A stretch of DNA of 64,000 nucleotides from an uncultured cyanobacterium. GTDB lineage: Bacteria; Cyanobacteriota; Cyanobacteriia; PCC-9006; JAAUQQ01. Of this stretch, positions 9,709-20,648 are shown in pieces. The notes under the pieces were generated by a model that saw nothing but the letters and a program-made list of their open reading frames with translations, was not told where the DNA came from and ran no database searches. A program made the translations under genes and the position numbers. The stretch spans positions 3,776,001-3,840,000 of the forward strand of contig OY970368.1 of the NCBI GenBank assembly GCA_963718615.1, in the 5' to 3' direction. Position 1 is the first letter of the stretch, and each line of letters begins with the position of its first letter.

Positions 9709-12700
9709 GGCCGCAGGCACCGTCAAGCTGGTGCGGGTCAGGTCAATCAGCGTTTCATAGGCAAACTGGTGGGCGAGCTGGGCAATGGCATCCCGGAGTC
9801 CCCGATGGGCTTCTGGCATTTCGTCCAGAACCTGAAAAATCACCTCCTGGTCCAATAAGGTCGTCGCCGCATTCAGGCGTTCAATCCAATCCCTCGACAT
9901 CACCCGCAGACTTTCCGCAGTCAAACTCGCCACCGGGCGGCGGCCCTCTCCTGAAGCCCCAAGGGAAGCCCCGAGCTGGGTGGAGTGAAGCGGTGCCTCC
10001 AAGGTCTGCTCCGCCCAGATCTGAAACCGAAAACAGGTGCGCTGCTCAGGTTGGGATTCCACCGCAATTGAGCCCCCCATGAGCTCCACCAATTTGCGGC
10101 TGATGGAAAGCCCCAAGCCGGTTCCGCCCGGTGCTCGGCGGCCCACCTCCGTTTGCTCAAATTCCTGAAAGAGCCGATCCAGTTCCGCTGGCGCAATCCC
10201 AGGACCCGTATCTTCGATCTCAAAACAAAGCGAGACCCAGCGTTCGTCGGTGCGATCGAGCGATCGCGCTTCCCCCGCAGACCGCACCCGCACCGTAATC
10301 GTCCCTTGCTCCGTGAATTTCACCGCATTGCCCAACAAATTCATCAAAACCTGCCTCAACTTCCCTTCATCGGCTTGGACATAGCGCGGCACTTGGGGAT
10401 CAAATTCCAGCTGAAACGTCAGACCCTTGAGGCGAATTTGTAAAAAGAAAATATCTTGCAGCGATCGCATCAACGCCTCCAAATCCACCGTTTGTAGCGC
10501 CAGCGTCGCCCGTCCCGCCTCCAGCTTAGCCATGGTCATCACATCTTCAATCAGCTTGAGCAAATGTTCACCGCTTTCGTTAATCGTGGTGAGCATACGG
10601 TGATGTTCCGGTTTCAAGGCCGTATCCTGGGCCATTAAGCGACTAAACCCTAAGATCGCCGTCAACGGGGTCCGCAGCTCATGGCCCAAGCTGGCAATAA
10701 ATTCTCCCTTCGAACGGCTAACCGCCTCCGCTTCGGCCTTGGCCTGCTCTAAATCCCGGCGCTGGCGCTGCTCGGTTTCCAGAAGCTGCGCCTGGGCCAA
10801 AGCCAATCCCACCTGATCCGCCAAGGCGGCCAGCAGGCTGATTTCCTCCGCTCGCCATTCTCGGAATCGATTGCATTGGTGCAGGGCAATCACCCCATTG
10901 GCCTGGTCTTTGTAGGACGTGCGCACAGCCAGTAGCGATTTCAGTTCAGTCCGTAGACAATAGACCCGCGCTTCATCGGAGAGGGGACGGGCATAGACAT
11001 TGGTTACGGCCACCACTTCATCGTGGGTTAAGAGCTGTTGGAGGTCTGGATTGCGCTCTAAGGGGAGTTCCGGACTCCCCAGCAGCATCTGACTGGCCCC
11101 CGCATATTCCGCCAACCGAATCACCTGGGGCTGAGGCTCTGGCTGATAGCAATGGATCACACAGCGACTCACCTGAAAGGCCATGCCGATGGCTTGAGCC
11201 GCCGCCTGAAACATCTCCTGGGGTTGTAAATTCTGGCGAATTTCGCGGGTGATTTGGGCCAAGAGGGTGGCTCGTTTGAGCTGATGTTCGAGCTGCATCT
11301 CCGCAATCCGGCGTTCTTGGATTTCCTGACGCAGATCTTGGGTGCGGGCTTCGACAATTTGCTCTAAGGATTGCTGGGTTCGCGCCTGGATGAGGGCGAT
11401 CGCCGCCTGTTGACCCAGCAATTCTAGATGTTGCTGATGGAGAGCCGTGAGGGTTTTGGGTCCCTGGGTTTCTAGATACAGAACCGCCACGGGATGGGCT
11501 CCGCCCAGGGGTAACGCCAAGACACTGGTTAACCGCTGCCGGCCCTGGGCCTGAGCCAGTTTTGCAGCGGGAATCAGCACTGGCGACTGACGCCGCAACA
11601 CCGTCTGGATTAACTTAAGGGAGAGCGATCGCGTCCAAGTTCCCGTGTCATCCGCTTCTAATCGTTCAAACATCAGCGTATCGGGTTGCTGCTGCACCTG
11701 ACGTTGGGCTTGGGCTTCAATGCGCCACACCGACTCCAAGCTCAGATCTCCCGGATAAGTCTCGGGGATATCCGAGGTCGGTACCAGCAAAACCAACCGT
11801 TGGGCCGGGGTGAGTTCTGCCGCAACCTGGAGCAAGGTTTTGACCAAAGCCTCCCAATCGGAAGCAGTGCTAAGTCGCTGGGCCGCTTGCAAAATCATCG
11901 CCAATGGATTTTGATGACCCCCTGGCATCAGCGAGAGGGGCTGTCGCCGCCGCCCTCCCGCACTCGGATCGGGCACCTGCAAAATTTCGGGATAGGTCTG
12001 AACCAGCGTCAGTGCCTTAGCCGTTGCTCCCCAGTTCTGGTAGGCCCGATGGGCTTGGCGGAGATAGGCCTGGGCCAACTGGCCTTTGTTCCACTGCCGA
12101 TAGAATCGAGCCGCTCGCTCACAGGCCAAAGCTAAATCTCGTCCCTGCCCTTGGGCTTCGGCGCTGGCGATCGCCCGGTCATAAAACTCGATCGCCTCGG
12201 TTTGCTGTCCCTGTATTCGCGCTTGCTCAGCCGCCACCAACTCCCACTGGGCCCCAAACGTCAGCGGTGCCTGTTCAGCCCAGGTCTGGAGCTGCACCTG
12301 ATAGCGATCGATTTTGAGCCAGGCATCCTGTCGCTGGACAGGCGAGAGGGTGTCGTAAAGATCTAGGAGAGTCAGGGCGCTGAGATAAACCAACGTCGCC
12401 TGGGGCAAAAGTCCCTTAATCGACGGCTGATGTTTCGTCGCTTGGGCCAAGGCCGCCAAGGCTGCACGGGGTTGCCCCCCCAACAATCGCAGCAGTCCCT
12501 GGGCTAAGGCATAGAAAAAACGCACTGGGGCGAGCTGATCCAGTTGGGCGTCCGAGTCCCCCGGTAACGTCGCCACCAGCGCCGACAGATCCGGCAGTTC
12601 CCACCAGGCGGTCATGGGCTGGGTCGGAATCAGCCGCTCTAGGGTCGTGGTTTGCAAAGCGGCGATCGCCCGTTGCAAAATCCGGTTAATTCCCCAGGGA

Positions 12701-15700
12701 AACGCCTGTTGCAGCATTTCCAACATGTCTTGGTAGCGCTCATAGTCCGCCGCCACCTCCGCCAAATCGATGCCGCTCCAAAACCGATAGCTACAGGCAT
12801 ACCAAGCCGCCTGGGCTGCGGTTTCTAGCTCCCCTTCCTCTAGGGAAACCTGAACCGCCTCCACTAGGGCCTCATGGACATCCACCAGGGAAACCTGCCA
12901 GACATAGACCTGGGCATAGACCCCTAGGAGCACCTGCCCCCGCATCTCCTGAACCTGGAGGCGGTTGATCATCCAAAGGGCCTGCTGGGCGATCGCCGGG
13001 TCCCGCCGCTGAATCGCCAGCAAACTATAGGCCACAGCTCCATATTGAGACACCCCAAACCGATGGGTGAGGTCAAGCATCGTTGCAGCCAGCGTCGGCA
13101 AATGCTGGGGGCGAGCCATGCCGCAGGCCAGGGGCAGCAGCGACAGCAGCCGCAAAACCAACAGGGTTTCCCGATTGGTCATAATCGGCAGTTGGGCCAG
13201 CAGCATTTGGGAGAGCGGCTCTACGGGCTCGGTGACCCACGGGGTTCCCACCTGCTCTAAAAAGGCAAAGGCGATCGCCAAGGCCTCTTCAAACTGACCG
13301 GCGGCAATCTTGAGCCGAATGCGAATTTCCTCCGCCTGGGCCTGGTCCCAGCCCGGTTGGGCATGGGTCACTACATTTTCCGCCAGACTCGCCGCCCGGT
13401 AAAAATTGGTATGGCGATATTCTGCCTCCGCTGCGGCCTCATGGAGGTTGAGCGTTAGGGCATAGTGCACCTCCCAAGCCCGCTCCGGCAACCATTCCAA
13501 ACCCCGCGTAAAATAGCGAATCGCTGCCGCCGGATCTTGGTTCATGCTGGCCCGTCGACCGGCCACCAAATTGAGCTGGGCCAACTGTGCCCGTCGTTGG
13601 GGATCTTGCACCGGATGCAAGGCGGGATCGAGCTGTTCGATGATTTCAAAAATCTGGGAATCTCGACCGGCGATCGATAAATTTCCCAAGAGCACCTGGG
13701 CGATCGCCCAATCCCGTCCAGGATGGTGAGGGCCTGGTAAGAGTAAACAGGCCGCTTGCTGGATGCGATCGTGAAAGAATCGATAGCCGGAGGCATCCTC
13801 TAGGCGCGACAGAAAGCCTTGGTGCAGCGCAGGCCAGAGGGCAATTTCAGTTTCCAGCAACCCCGGTTCTAGAAATTCCGCCCCACTCGGCTGAGCCGTT
13901 GAATGATAAAGACGCGCCAACTGATCCAGACGAAACTGGTTGCCCAAACAGGCCGCCAATTGCAACACCAACTGTGTTTCCTCCGGCAACGTCGCTAGAC
14001 GACGGGCCAAAAACTCAACAATGTCTTCTGCCTCGAAACTCATGGCCCGAGGATTAGAAAGACAGGACCATTGCTGGGCCAAGGGATCATAAACCAGCTC
14101 CCCCTGCTGATGTAAAGCCAACAAGAGCTGCCGTACAAAAAACGGATTGCCTTGGGTTTGTAGTTCTAGGCGCTCGATTAAATCCGCTGTCTCGGGCGAG
14201 GTGCCCCCCAAAATAGCCTCAATCCAAATCCGAAAATAGGTGGAGTTAAGGGGGTTCAAATTGAGGGTTTGCAAGCTCACCTGGGACTGGCGCAGCAGCT
14301 CTAGGGTATAGCAGAGGGCATGATTCGGACTGACTTCCCGTTCCCGATAAACGCCAATCACCAAAAGGGGCAGATTACTGCCTTGGATTAAAACCCGCTG
14401 CAAAAAGCGGAGCGAAGCAGGATCGGCCCAGTGAAGATCATCGAGAAAGAGAATCCAGGGTAGGTTGGGAACCGTGAGCGCCACTTGCTGCAACCAGCGC
14501 ACCAAAAAGGCGGGCAAGATATCGGGATCTACATCGGAGGCAGCGGAGTCTTGAATCACAGCGGCGATCGCCGCCTCAAATTCCGGATTATTAAATGCCC
14601 GCCGCATCCCTTGCAAAATCGCCTGCAAAGGAGAAGCTGCTTTAAATTGTTCAAACTTGCAGGTAATAAATTGGGGGGCTGAAGAAAGGGACCCATAGGC
14701 AGCAACGACCCTGTCTTGGGTCTGTAGATATTGCTGAACCGCCTCCACCAACGCCGTCTTGCCCGTTCCCGAGCCCCCCGTCAACAAAAAGAGCTCCGCC
14801 CCCTCCTGAGCCACCCGTCCATGGGCCTCCAACAGGAGTTGTATTTCATCATCCCGACCATAGATGCGGTTGGGCAAGACCAAAGGCCGTTCCGCAGACC
14901 GTTCCGCAATGGCATTTAATCCCAGCGATGAGGGCGGCACCGTCGTTTGTTCTGGATAAAGTTCGAGCAGATCCGCTGCCACCGCCGCCGCCGTCGGATA
15001 GCGATCGCCCCCTGGATCAAGCAACGCTTGCCAAATACGCCGAAACCGAGGCCGAAGCTGGATCGGTAAGCTCAGCTCTTGCTCCGTGCCCCAGGGAGAA
15101 CATGCTTCTAACCCTTGCAAAATTGCCCCGAGCCCCTGGAGATCCCGCTGCACCCAAAGGGCCGTATCTTCTCCCGGCGGCACCAAATGGGCCTGACCCC
15201 AATCCATCAGTTTGACTCGCCAAGGCTGGAGATCGACCCCTTGCAACTCAGCTCCAAAATCCTCGGACATTTCCGTTGGGGAGGGCCGGGTACCGGGGGC
15301 GGGGGCGGGGGGATGGAACCACACTGAGGACGATCGCAACTGTCCATGGAACAATCGGGCCTGGTGCACCGACTGGAGCCCTTGGGCCAACGCCAGGGCC
15401 AAGGCAATCGGCCAGCGGGGGTCGCGCTTCATGGCCTCGGCGGTTTGCTGCCACTTGTGGGACAAGCGTTCTGGATTCTGGCCTGCATTCTGGCCTGCAT
15501 TCTGGCCCTGTTCCGAGGCCAGCGGGATCAGCCCCTCATCCCTCAAATCTAACTGCCAGCGATCGCCTTTCCCTTCCAAAACCAACGGGCGAAACAGAAC
15601 CGGCAGGTCTAGGCTACGCATAATCACGTAGTCTTGACGTAGCCAAGCTTGATCCTGGAGATTTTCAGGTCTTCGGAGAATTTTAAGCAAACAGGGGCCT

Positions 15701-15789
15701 TGAGCGGATTGCGTTCGATAAATTTCACATCGATCATCCGCTTGCAGCCATTCGAGGGGATGAGCCCCAGGTGCAGTCATCTCCAACAT
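9700..15789 (-). CDS. Large multi-domain sensor: degenerate Ser/Thr kinase, AAA ATPase, helical region, two GAF, HisKA/HATPase
   Basis: GRDDE and GGSGTGKT Walker A, LFLDDLHWAD Walker B, TQGNPFF, FFHDRIQQA, GHELRTPL H-box, NLLGNAVKFT, DTGPGI, GTGLGL. Confidence 0.88.
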   Translation of the reverse strand: MLEMTAPGAHPLEWLQADDRCEIYRTQSAQGPCLLKILRRPENLQDQAWLRQDYVIMRSLDLPVLFRPLVLEGKGDRWQLDLRDEGLIPLASEQGQNAGQNAGQNPERLSHKWQQTAEAMKRDPRWPIALALALAQGLQSVHQARLFHGQLRSSSVWFHPPAPAPGTRPSPTEMSEDFGAELQGVDLQPWRVKLMDWGQAHLVPPGEDTALWVQRDLQGLGAILQGLEACSPWGTEQELSLPIQLRPRFRRIWQALLDPGGDRYPTAAAVAADLLELYPEQTTVPPSSLGLNAIAERSAERPLVLPNRIYGRDDEIQLLLEAHGRVAQEGAELFLLTGGSGTGKTALVEAVQQYLQTQDRVVAAYGSLSSAPQFITCKFEQFKAASPLQAILQGMRRAFNNPEFEAAIAAVIQDSAASDVDPDILPAFLVRWLQQVALTVPNLPWILFLDDLHWADPASLRFLQRVLIQGSNLPLLVIGVYREREVSPNHALCYTLELLRQSQVSLQTLNLNPLNSTYFRIWIEAILGGTSPETADLIERLELQTQGNPFFVRQLLLALHQQGELVYDPLAQQWSCLSNPRAMSFEAEDIVEFLARRLATLPEETQLVLQLAACLGNQFRLDQLARLYHSTAQPSGAEFLEPGLLETEIALWPALHQGFLSRLEDASGYRFFHDRIQQAACLLLPGPHHPGRDWAIAQVLLGNLSIAGRDSQIFEIIEQLDPALHPVQDPQRRAQLAQLNLVAGRRASMNQDPAAAIRYFTRGLEWLPERAWEVHYALTLNLHEAAAEAEYRHTNFYRAASLAENVVTHAQPGWDQAQAEEIRIRLKIAAGQFEEALAIAFAFLEQVGTPWVTEPVEPLSQMLLAQLPIMTNRETLLVLRLLSLLPLACGMARPQHLPTLAATMLDLTHRFGVSQYGAVAYSLLAIQRRDPAIAQQALWMINRLQVQEMRGQVLLGVYAQVYVWQVSLVDVHEALVEAVQVSLEEGELETAAQAAWYACSYRFWSGIDLAEVAADYERYQDMLEMLQQAFPWGINRILQRAIAALQTTTLERLIPTQPMTAWWELPDLSALVATLPGDSDAQLDQLAPVRFFYALAQGLLRLLGGQPRAALAALAQATKHQPSIKGLLPQATLVYLSALTLLDLYDTLSPVQRQDAWLKIDRYQVQLQTWAEQAPLTFGAQWELVAAEQARIQGQQTEAIEFYDRAIASAEAQGQGRDLALACERAARFYRQWNKGQLAQAYLRQAHRAYQNWGATAKALTLVQTYPEILQVPDPSAGGRRRQPLSLMPGGHQNPLAMILQAAQRLSTASDWEALVKTLLQVAAELTPAQRLVLLVPTSDIPETYPGDLSLESVWRIEAQAQRQVQQQPDTLMFERLEADDTGTWTRSLSLKLIQTVLRRQSPVLIPAAKLAQAQGRQRLTSVLALPLGGAHPVAVLYLETQGPKTLTALHQQHLELLGQQAAIALIQARTQQSLEQIVEARTQDLRQEIQERRIAEMQLEHQLKRATLLAQITREIRQNLQPQEMFQAAAQAIGMAFQVSRCVIHCYQPEPQPQVIRLAEYAGASQMLLGSPELPLERNPDLQQLLTHDEVVAVTNVYARPLSDEARVYCLRTELKSLLAVRTSYKDQANGVIALHQCNRFREWRAEEISLLAALADQVGLALAQAQLLETEQRQRRDLEQAKAEAEAVSRSKGEFIASLGHELRTPLTAILGFSRLMAQDTALKPEHHRMLTTINESGEHLLKLIEDVMTMAKLEAGRATLALQTVDLEALMRSLQDIFFLQIRLKGLTFQLEFDPQVPRYVQADEGKLRQVLMNLLGNAVKFTEQGTITVRVRSAGEARSLDRTDERWVSLCFEIEDTGPGIAPAELDRLFQEFEQTEVGRRAPGGTGLGLSISRKLVELMGGSIAVESQPEQRTCFRFQIWAEQTLEAPLHSTQLGASLGASGEGRRPVASLTAESLRVMSRDWIERLNAATTLLDQEVIFQVLDEMPEAHRGLRDAIAQLAHQFAYETLIDLTRTSLTVPAALA

Positions 15790-15994
15790 AAACTCACAAC
15801 CGCTGACAGAAAGCTTTCCGCGCGCTCTGTTTAGGTTGCCCAGGGGAGAGGGCGATCGCGCAATGAACTTTGATGACTGTTTTTATTGCATCCCATTGCA
15901 AAGTGATGAGCTTTACAAACAGGTCAGCCGCTGACCCAAAGGCTACCAGTAGTATCAAGGCAACGCTCTGCAATCCTCCCGGTAAAACTCCCCC

Positions 15995-17089
15995 ATGGGC
16001 CTCTCTTCTTCCCCCGGTCGTCGTATTGGAGTCCTGACCAGTGGCGGCGACTGTGCTGGCCTTAACGCCGCGATTCGTGCCATTGTTCATCGGGCCGTCA
16101 CCACCTATGAATGGGAAGTGGTCGGAATCGAACAGTCCACCCACGGCCTGAGTAGTCGTCCTGTCAAAGCCCATCCCCTGGACCTTAAAGCAGTCAGCCA
16201 TATCCTGACAGATGGAGGCACCATCCTAGGCACCGCCAACTATGGTAGTCCCTTTGCCTGTCCGCAATCCGATGGCAGTCTGGTGGATATTTCAGACCAG
16301 ATTTTGGCGGGCTATCAACAGCTAAATTTATCAGGCTTAATTGGCATTGGTGGCGACGGCAGCTTAGGTATTTTGCGCAAGCTCGCCCTCCTGGGGAATA
16401 TTCCCTTTGTGGGTATTCCCAAAACCATTGATAACGATGTGGGGATGACCGAGCGATCCATTGGATTTTCTACAGCGGTCAATATTGCCACCGAAGCGGT
16501 CGATCGTCTACACTTCACCGCCGCCAGTCACAGCCGCGTCATGATCTTGGAAGTGATGGGGCGAGATGCGGGACATATTGCCATTAGTGCAGGCATTGCG
16601 GGCGGAGCAGATGTGATCTTGATTCCGGAAATCCCCTACCAAATGGACAAAATTGCGGCGGCGCTGCGGCGAAATCATAACCAGGGCAAAAATTATTCCC
16701 TGGTGGTCGTGGCGGAAGCCGTGCGGAATGAACAGAATGAACTGGTGGTCTCTCACCATAGCCGAGGCCAAAACCGCCTAGGGGGAATTGGTGAAGTGAT
16801 GGCCGATCGCATCTTTGAACTCACTGGAGCCGAAACCCGCGTCACGGTGCTCGGGCATTTGCAGCGGGGCGGTACGCCGTCTCCCTTCGATCGCCTGACG
16901 GCATCAGCCTTTGGTGTTGCGGCGGTTGATCTCCTCGCCCAAGGCCGCTATGACCGGATGGTAACCTGGCAGAACCGGCAGGTAAAGGATGTATCCATTG
17001 AGGAAGCCATTGGCGAATATGGTGCAGTCGATCCCCAGGGCACCTTGGTCAAAACCGCGCGGGGGCTGGGAATCTGTCTTGGGGATTAG
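15995..17089 (+). CDS. pfkA: ATP-dependent 6-phosphofructokinase
   Basis: TSGGDCAGLN, GGDGS, PKTIDND, EVMGRDAG, LGHLQRGG. Confidence 0.95.
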   Translation: MGLSSSPGRRIGVLTSGGDCAGLNAAIRAIVHRAVTTYEWEVVGIEQSTHGLSSRPVKAHPLDLKAVSHILTDGGTILGTANYGSPFACPQSDGSLVDISDQILAGYQQLNLSGLIGIGGDGSLGILRKLALLGNIPFVGIPKTIDNDVGMTERSIGFSTAVNIATEAVDRLHFTAASHSRVMILEVMGRDAGHIAISAGIAGGADVILIPEIPYQMDKIAAALRRNHNQGKNYSLVVVAEAVRNEQNELVVSHHSRGQNRLGGIGEVMADRIFELTGAETRVTVLGHLQRGGTPSPFDRLTASAFGVAAVDLLAQGRYDRMVTWQNRQVKDVSIEEAIGEYGAVDPQGTLVKTARGLGICLGD

Positions 17090-17096
17090 GTTCCTG

Positions 17097-17630
17097 TTGA
17101 CTCCATCTGCGGGATGGTCTGGGGGATGGACGATAGGTTTAGTGCTGCTATTGTTGGCGCTGCTTTTAGGGGGGTGCGATCGCCCCCCAGAGCCTCCTCC
17201 AGATGCGGTAATCCCTGACCAAGGTGGCGTGACCCCAGCCCTCAACGACTATCTCCGGGAGCACAGTCTGGCTGAAGACAATTCCTTTGAGGTGGCCTAC
17301 GTCGAACTCAATCGGGACGCCCCTGCGGAGGCCCTGGTTTTGATGCAAGGGCTTGACTGGTGCAGTATTGGGGGGTGCACACTGCTGGTCTTTCGGGGTT
17401 TACCCGGTGGTTATTTTGAATTTCTCTCGCGCACCGACCATGTGCGCGAGCCCATCGTGGTCAGCGATCAATACACCCAAGGCTGGCGAGATTTGGTCGT
17501 GGGCACCCAAGTTCGCGATCGCCCCGAAGACGTCATCCTAGAATTTGCCACCTCTGGCTATCCCCCCACCGCGATCGCCGGTCAGGTCCTGCGGGGTCTC
17601 GCTACAGTTAAAGGGGAGCCAGTGTTTTGA
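17097..17630 (+). CDS. Putative lipoprotein
   Basis: Hydrophobic stretch ending LLGGC lipobox; WCSIGGCTLL and GWRDL motifs; start uncertain. Confidence 0.6.
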   Translation: MTPSAGWSGGWTIGLVLLLLALLLGGCDRPPEPPPDAVIPDQGGVTPALNDYLREHSLAEDNSFEVAYVELNRDAPAEALVLMQGLDWCSIGGCTLLVFRGLPGGYFEFLSRTDHVREPIVVSDQYTQGWRDLVVGTQVRDRPEDVILEFATSGYPPTAIAGQVLRGLATVKGEPVF

Positions 17631-18048
17631 GGCGATCGCGCACCGCCTCCACGGCCTCCCAGCACAGCCGCTCCCGCTGGGTATGGGCTGCCCCCAGGAG
17701 ATTTCCTTCAATGTCATAGACTTCTAAACAGCCTTCCCCTGGATCGAGCTGGGCATAGACCGCAAACGTGATATGTTCTCCCACCAGCAGCGTCGCACCA
17801 TAGAGGGAGTCTGCCCCAGCGGCAGCCAGGACATCTTGAGCCGCGTAGAAATCATAGGCAGCCAACATCTCTAAAGGCATCCCTTCTCGATTTTCCGACG
17901 CTTGCAGGTTGGGCATCGCGAAGGGTTCCAACGGCCCTCCCACCTGAAACAGCAGCAGGTCAGGGGCAGCCGCTTCATCTTGATCCGCAAAGAATTGTTG
18001 GAACTGAGCCTCGTAGGCTTGGCGAACAAAGTCTGTCAATTGAGTCAT
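17608..18048 (-). CDS. Hypothetical acidic protein
   Basis: 146-aa ORF filling the gap; no family recognised. Confidence 0.55.
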   Translation of the reverse strand: MTQLTDFVRQAYEAQFQQFFADQDEAAAPDLLLFQVGGPLEPFAMPNLQASENREGMPLEMLAAYDFYAAQDVLAAAGADSLYGATLLVGEHITFAVYAQLDPGEGCLEVYDIEGNLLGAAHTQRERLCWEAVEAVRDRLKTLAPL

Positions 18049-18225
18049 GGAATTCGGGAAATCCCAATGCAGTTTGAAATAAAGGATCCAACTAGAAAAT
18101 CGTCGAACGAGAAGATAGTCCGACTAGCAATCAGACCCGACCCCAAGGGCCAGCTTTCCCCAACCTAGCCCTTGGCTTCTACAAAACACAATGGCAATTT
18201 CCACAGGGTCTAGAGCTTGCCCCAT

Positions 18226-18981
18226 TCAGCAAGCTCCTTTTCGTTGCAAGACAGACCCAATCGTGAGCAGCAGGAGCCAGAGGTCATAGGCGCAAGTCCA
18301 GCGGTCTTGATAGCGTAGATCCAGGGCAACGATCGCCTCAAATTCGCTAATCTCAGAACGGCCTCGGGCTTGCCATTCCCCGGTAATTCCAGGTTTGACC
18401 CGCAACCGCTGCCAGTGATGGCGTTCGTAATGAATCACTTCATCCAGCATCGGCGGACGGGTTCCCACCAAGCTCATTTCCCCCCGGAGAACATTCCAAA
18501 ACTGGGGAAATTCATCTAGGCTCGTGCGCCGCAAAAAAGCGCCCACAGGGGTAATACGGGGATCGTCAGCATTCTTAAAGATGAGACCCTGAGCACAGTT
18601 GGGAACCTTCGCTTTCAGGCGATCGGCTCCAGCGACCATGGTTCTAAATTTCCAGATTCGGAAGGGTTTTCCATTGAGGCCACAGCGGATTTGGCTGTAG
18701 AAAATGGGGCCAGAACTATCCCAGGAAATGGCGATCGCCACAGGAATAAACATCAAGGCCACCAACCCCAACCCTAGCAACGCACCCAGAACATCGATCA
18801 AACGTTTACCCCAGCTTAGGGTTGAAGGATGGGGGGAACCAAACGCTCGGATAAACGCTTGGCCAACCCAGCTCTTCTCCGAGCCGCGCCGAGGCGACAA
18901 AAGATGTGGAGGGAGCAACGCAGCCCAGGAAGAGGTCGGCTGCGGACTAAAAGGAGAATTTGCCACAAGAACCTGGTGCAT
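18226..18981 (-). CDS. Bacterial sugar transferase (priming glycosyltransferase, Bac_transf)
   Basis: [43 protein letters not shown]. Confidence 0.9.
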   Translation of the reverse strand: MHQVLVANSPFSPQPTSSWAALLPPHLLSPRRGSEKSWVGQAFIRAFGSPHPSTLSWGKRLIDVLGALLGLGLVALMFIPVAIAISWDSSGPIFYSQIRCGLNGKPFRIWKFRTMVAGADRLKAKVPNCAQGLIFKNADDPRITPVGAFLRRTSLDEFPQFWNVLRGEMSLVGTRPPMLDEVIHYERHHWQRLRVKPGITGEWQARGRSEISEFEAIVALDLRYQDRWTCAYDLWLLLLTIGSVLQRKGAC

Positions 18982-19496
18982 TCGTCCGAACTTGGATTAC
19001 TAACATCCTACAAATCGAAATTAATGCCTTTCCTAAAAACACGAAACACGGGTAACTTTTTAAGCTAAATGCAGGTTATGCGAACCTAAGTTAAAGTTTC
19101 TTTTTTATACAAACTAGGCAGAACAATACAGTCTATAGACTCTAAAAACTGACTCGATCTTCTACAAGAAGAATGAAATTTATCGAGCAGAAAATTGCTG
19201 CACCATGCCGATTGTTCTATGAAAATCGAGCACAGTTTGGACGAACGAAATCCGACCACTTTTTTATAGAATGCATCTCGATCATTCCCTAATTTTCATC
19301 AACATCACCAAATTCAACCCAAGTCTAACACTAAGACCCACTGTGACAGTCCATCTCTAGACGGAATCTTGACAGAACCTTGATATCTTGTTAGCCAAGA
19401 AAAACCTTAACCCCTTGACAAGGAAATCTAAAGCTGAGATTAAAGACCTCTTAACATCCACTTGCTAGTCTGCTTCCGACGGGTTAGGAAATTCCT

Positions 19497-20054
19497 TTGA
19501 ATACAATTTGGTTAACCGTACGCTTAGAGAGCTGGCACGGAATCCTGGCGGCACTCTTGTTGCTGGTGCTCGGGGATTTTATTTCAACTTTTCTCTATCA
19601 CGTTCCTGAGCATGTTTTCGGTAAGTTTCATAGCCTCGTTCATCACGGCAAAAATCGTAGTTTTATTCACTATGCTGTCCTCACCCGCAACCCAGTTGTG
19701 GTGCTAGATGGCTTTCTGGGGGCCTTGCCCTATTTCATTTTTATCCCCTGGCTCTGGCAACTTTCTCCCATCGGAACGCTGATTGGTTTGGCGCTGGGAG
19801 AATTTCATGTGGTGTGGCGACATATTACGGCGCTGGGGTGGATGACACCGGGCTGGGTGCAACGGTTGTGCACAGCCTGCTGGATCACGACGCCGGAACG
19901 TCACTGGATGCACCACGAGAACGCTAACCTAGCCTTTGGTGATATTTTTACGTTCTATGATGGACCGGCCCGCTGGTGGTTGCGATCGCTCCGCCTCCTC
20001 AAGCGGCGATATCGTCAGCAGCGACATGTTACAGCCTCCATTGGGCAGGTATAA
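19497..20054 (+). CDS. Sterol desaturase / fatty acid hydroxylase family protein
   Basis: His boxes YHVPEH, HSLVHH, HVVWRH, HWMHH. Confidence 0.8.
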   Translation: MNTIWLTVRLESWHGILAALLLLVLGDFISTFLYHVPEHVFGKFHSLVHHGKNRSFIHYAVLTRNPVVVLDGFLGALPYFIFIPWLWQLSPIGTLIGLALGEFHVVWRHITALGWMTPGWVQRLCTACWITTPERHWMHHENANLAFGDIFTFYDGPARWWLRSLRLLKRRYRQQRHVTASIGQV

Positions 20055-20063
20055 TCCAACGGA

Positions 20064-20606
20064 TTGCCGCGATTAGCCCCTGCATCTATGCGCTGGACTG
20101 AGAGAATTGAATCACTGAAAGCCGGACTCCTGGGGGCGATCGCCACAGGGACGGCTTTTGGTGTTTTGGAGGGAACCATGGCCCATCTGTTTCCCGGTGG
20201 CGTTGGCATTGGCGTAACAGCAGGATTGCCGCTGGTGCTGCGGTTGGGGATTGCGATCGCCTCAGGATTTCTCTTTGGGGTGACCTATCGCTACATTATT
20301 CGCCAGGATGACAGTACCCATTTAAAGTCCGGGGCGGTGTTGGCCTTTGGCCTGGTACGCGGCTTGGCCCAAGTGGAAGATCAGGGAGCGATAAGCCTCT
20401 CGGGGTTGAATGGCTCGGGGTTGAATGGCTCAGAGTTGAATGGCTTGGAATTAGCGGGGCTGGCGGGGCTGATGGATTGGCGACAGGGGGGGGCGATCGC
20501 GCTATTGCTGGGGGAAAGTTGGGTTTTGTTTGCGATCGCCCGATTAGTCCTAGACTTTAGCCTACGGCAGGGTTGGCTTCAGCCCTTTCAGGGGCTGTAC
20601 GATTAG
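20064..20606 (+). CDS. Conserved cyanobacterial membrane protein
   Basis: ERIESLKAG, SGFLFGVTYRYIIR, LKSGAVLAFGLVRGL; start may be slightly downstream (MRWTE). Confidence 0.7.
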   Translation: MPRLAPASMRWTERIESLKAGLLGAIATGTAFGVLEGTMAHLFPGGVGIGVTAGLPLVLRLGIAIASGFLFGVTYRYIIRQDDSTHLKSGAVLAFGLVRGLAQVEDQGAISLSGLNGSGLNGSELNGLELAGLAGLMDWRQGGAIALLLGESWVLFAIARLVLDFSLRQGWLQPFQGLYD

Positions 20607-20648
20607 AGTCTTTTAGCAGTTCTTCACTAGCCGCAGTGGCTCAGACGC

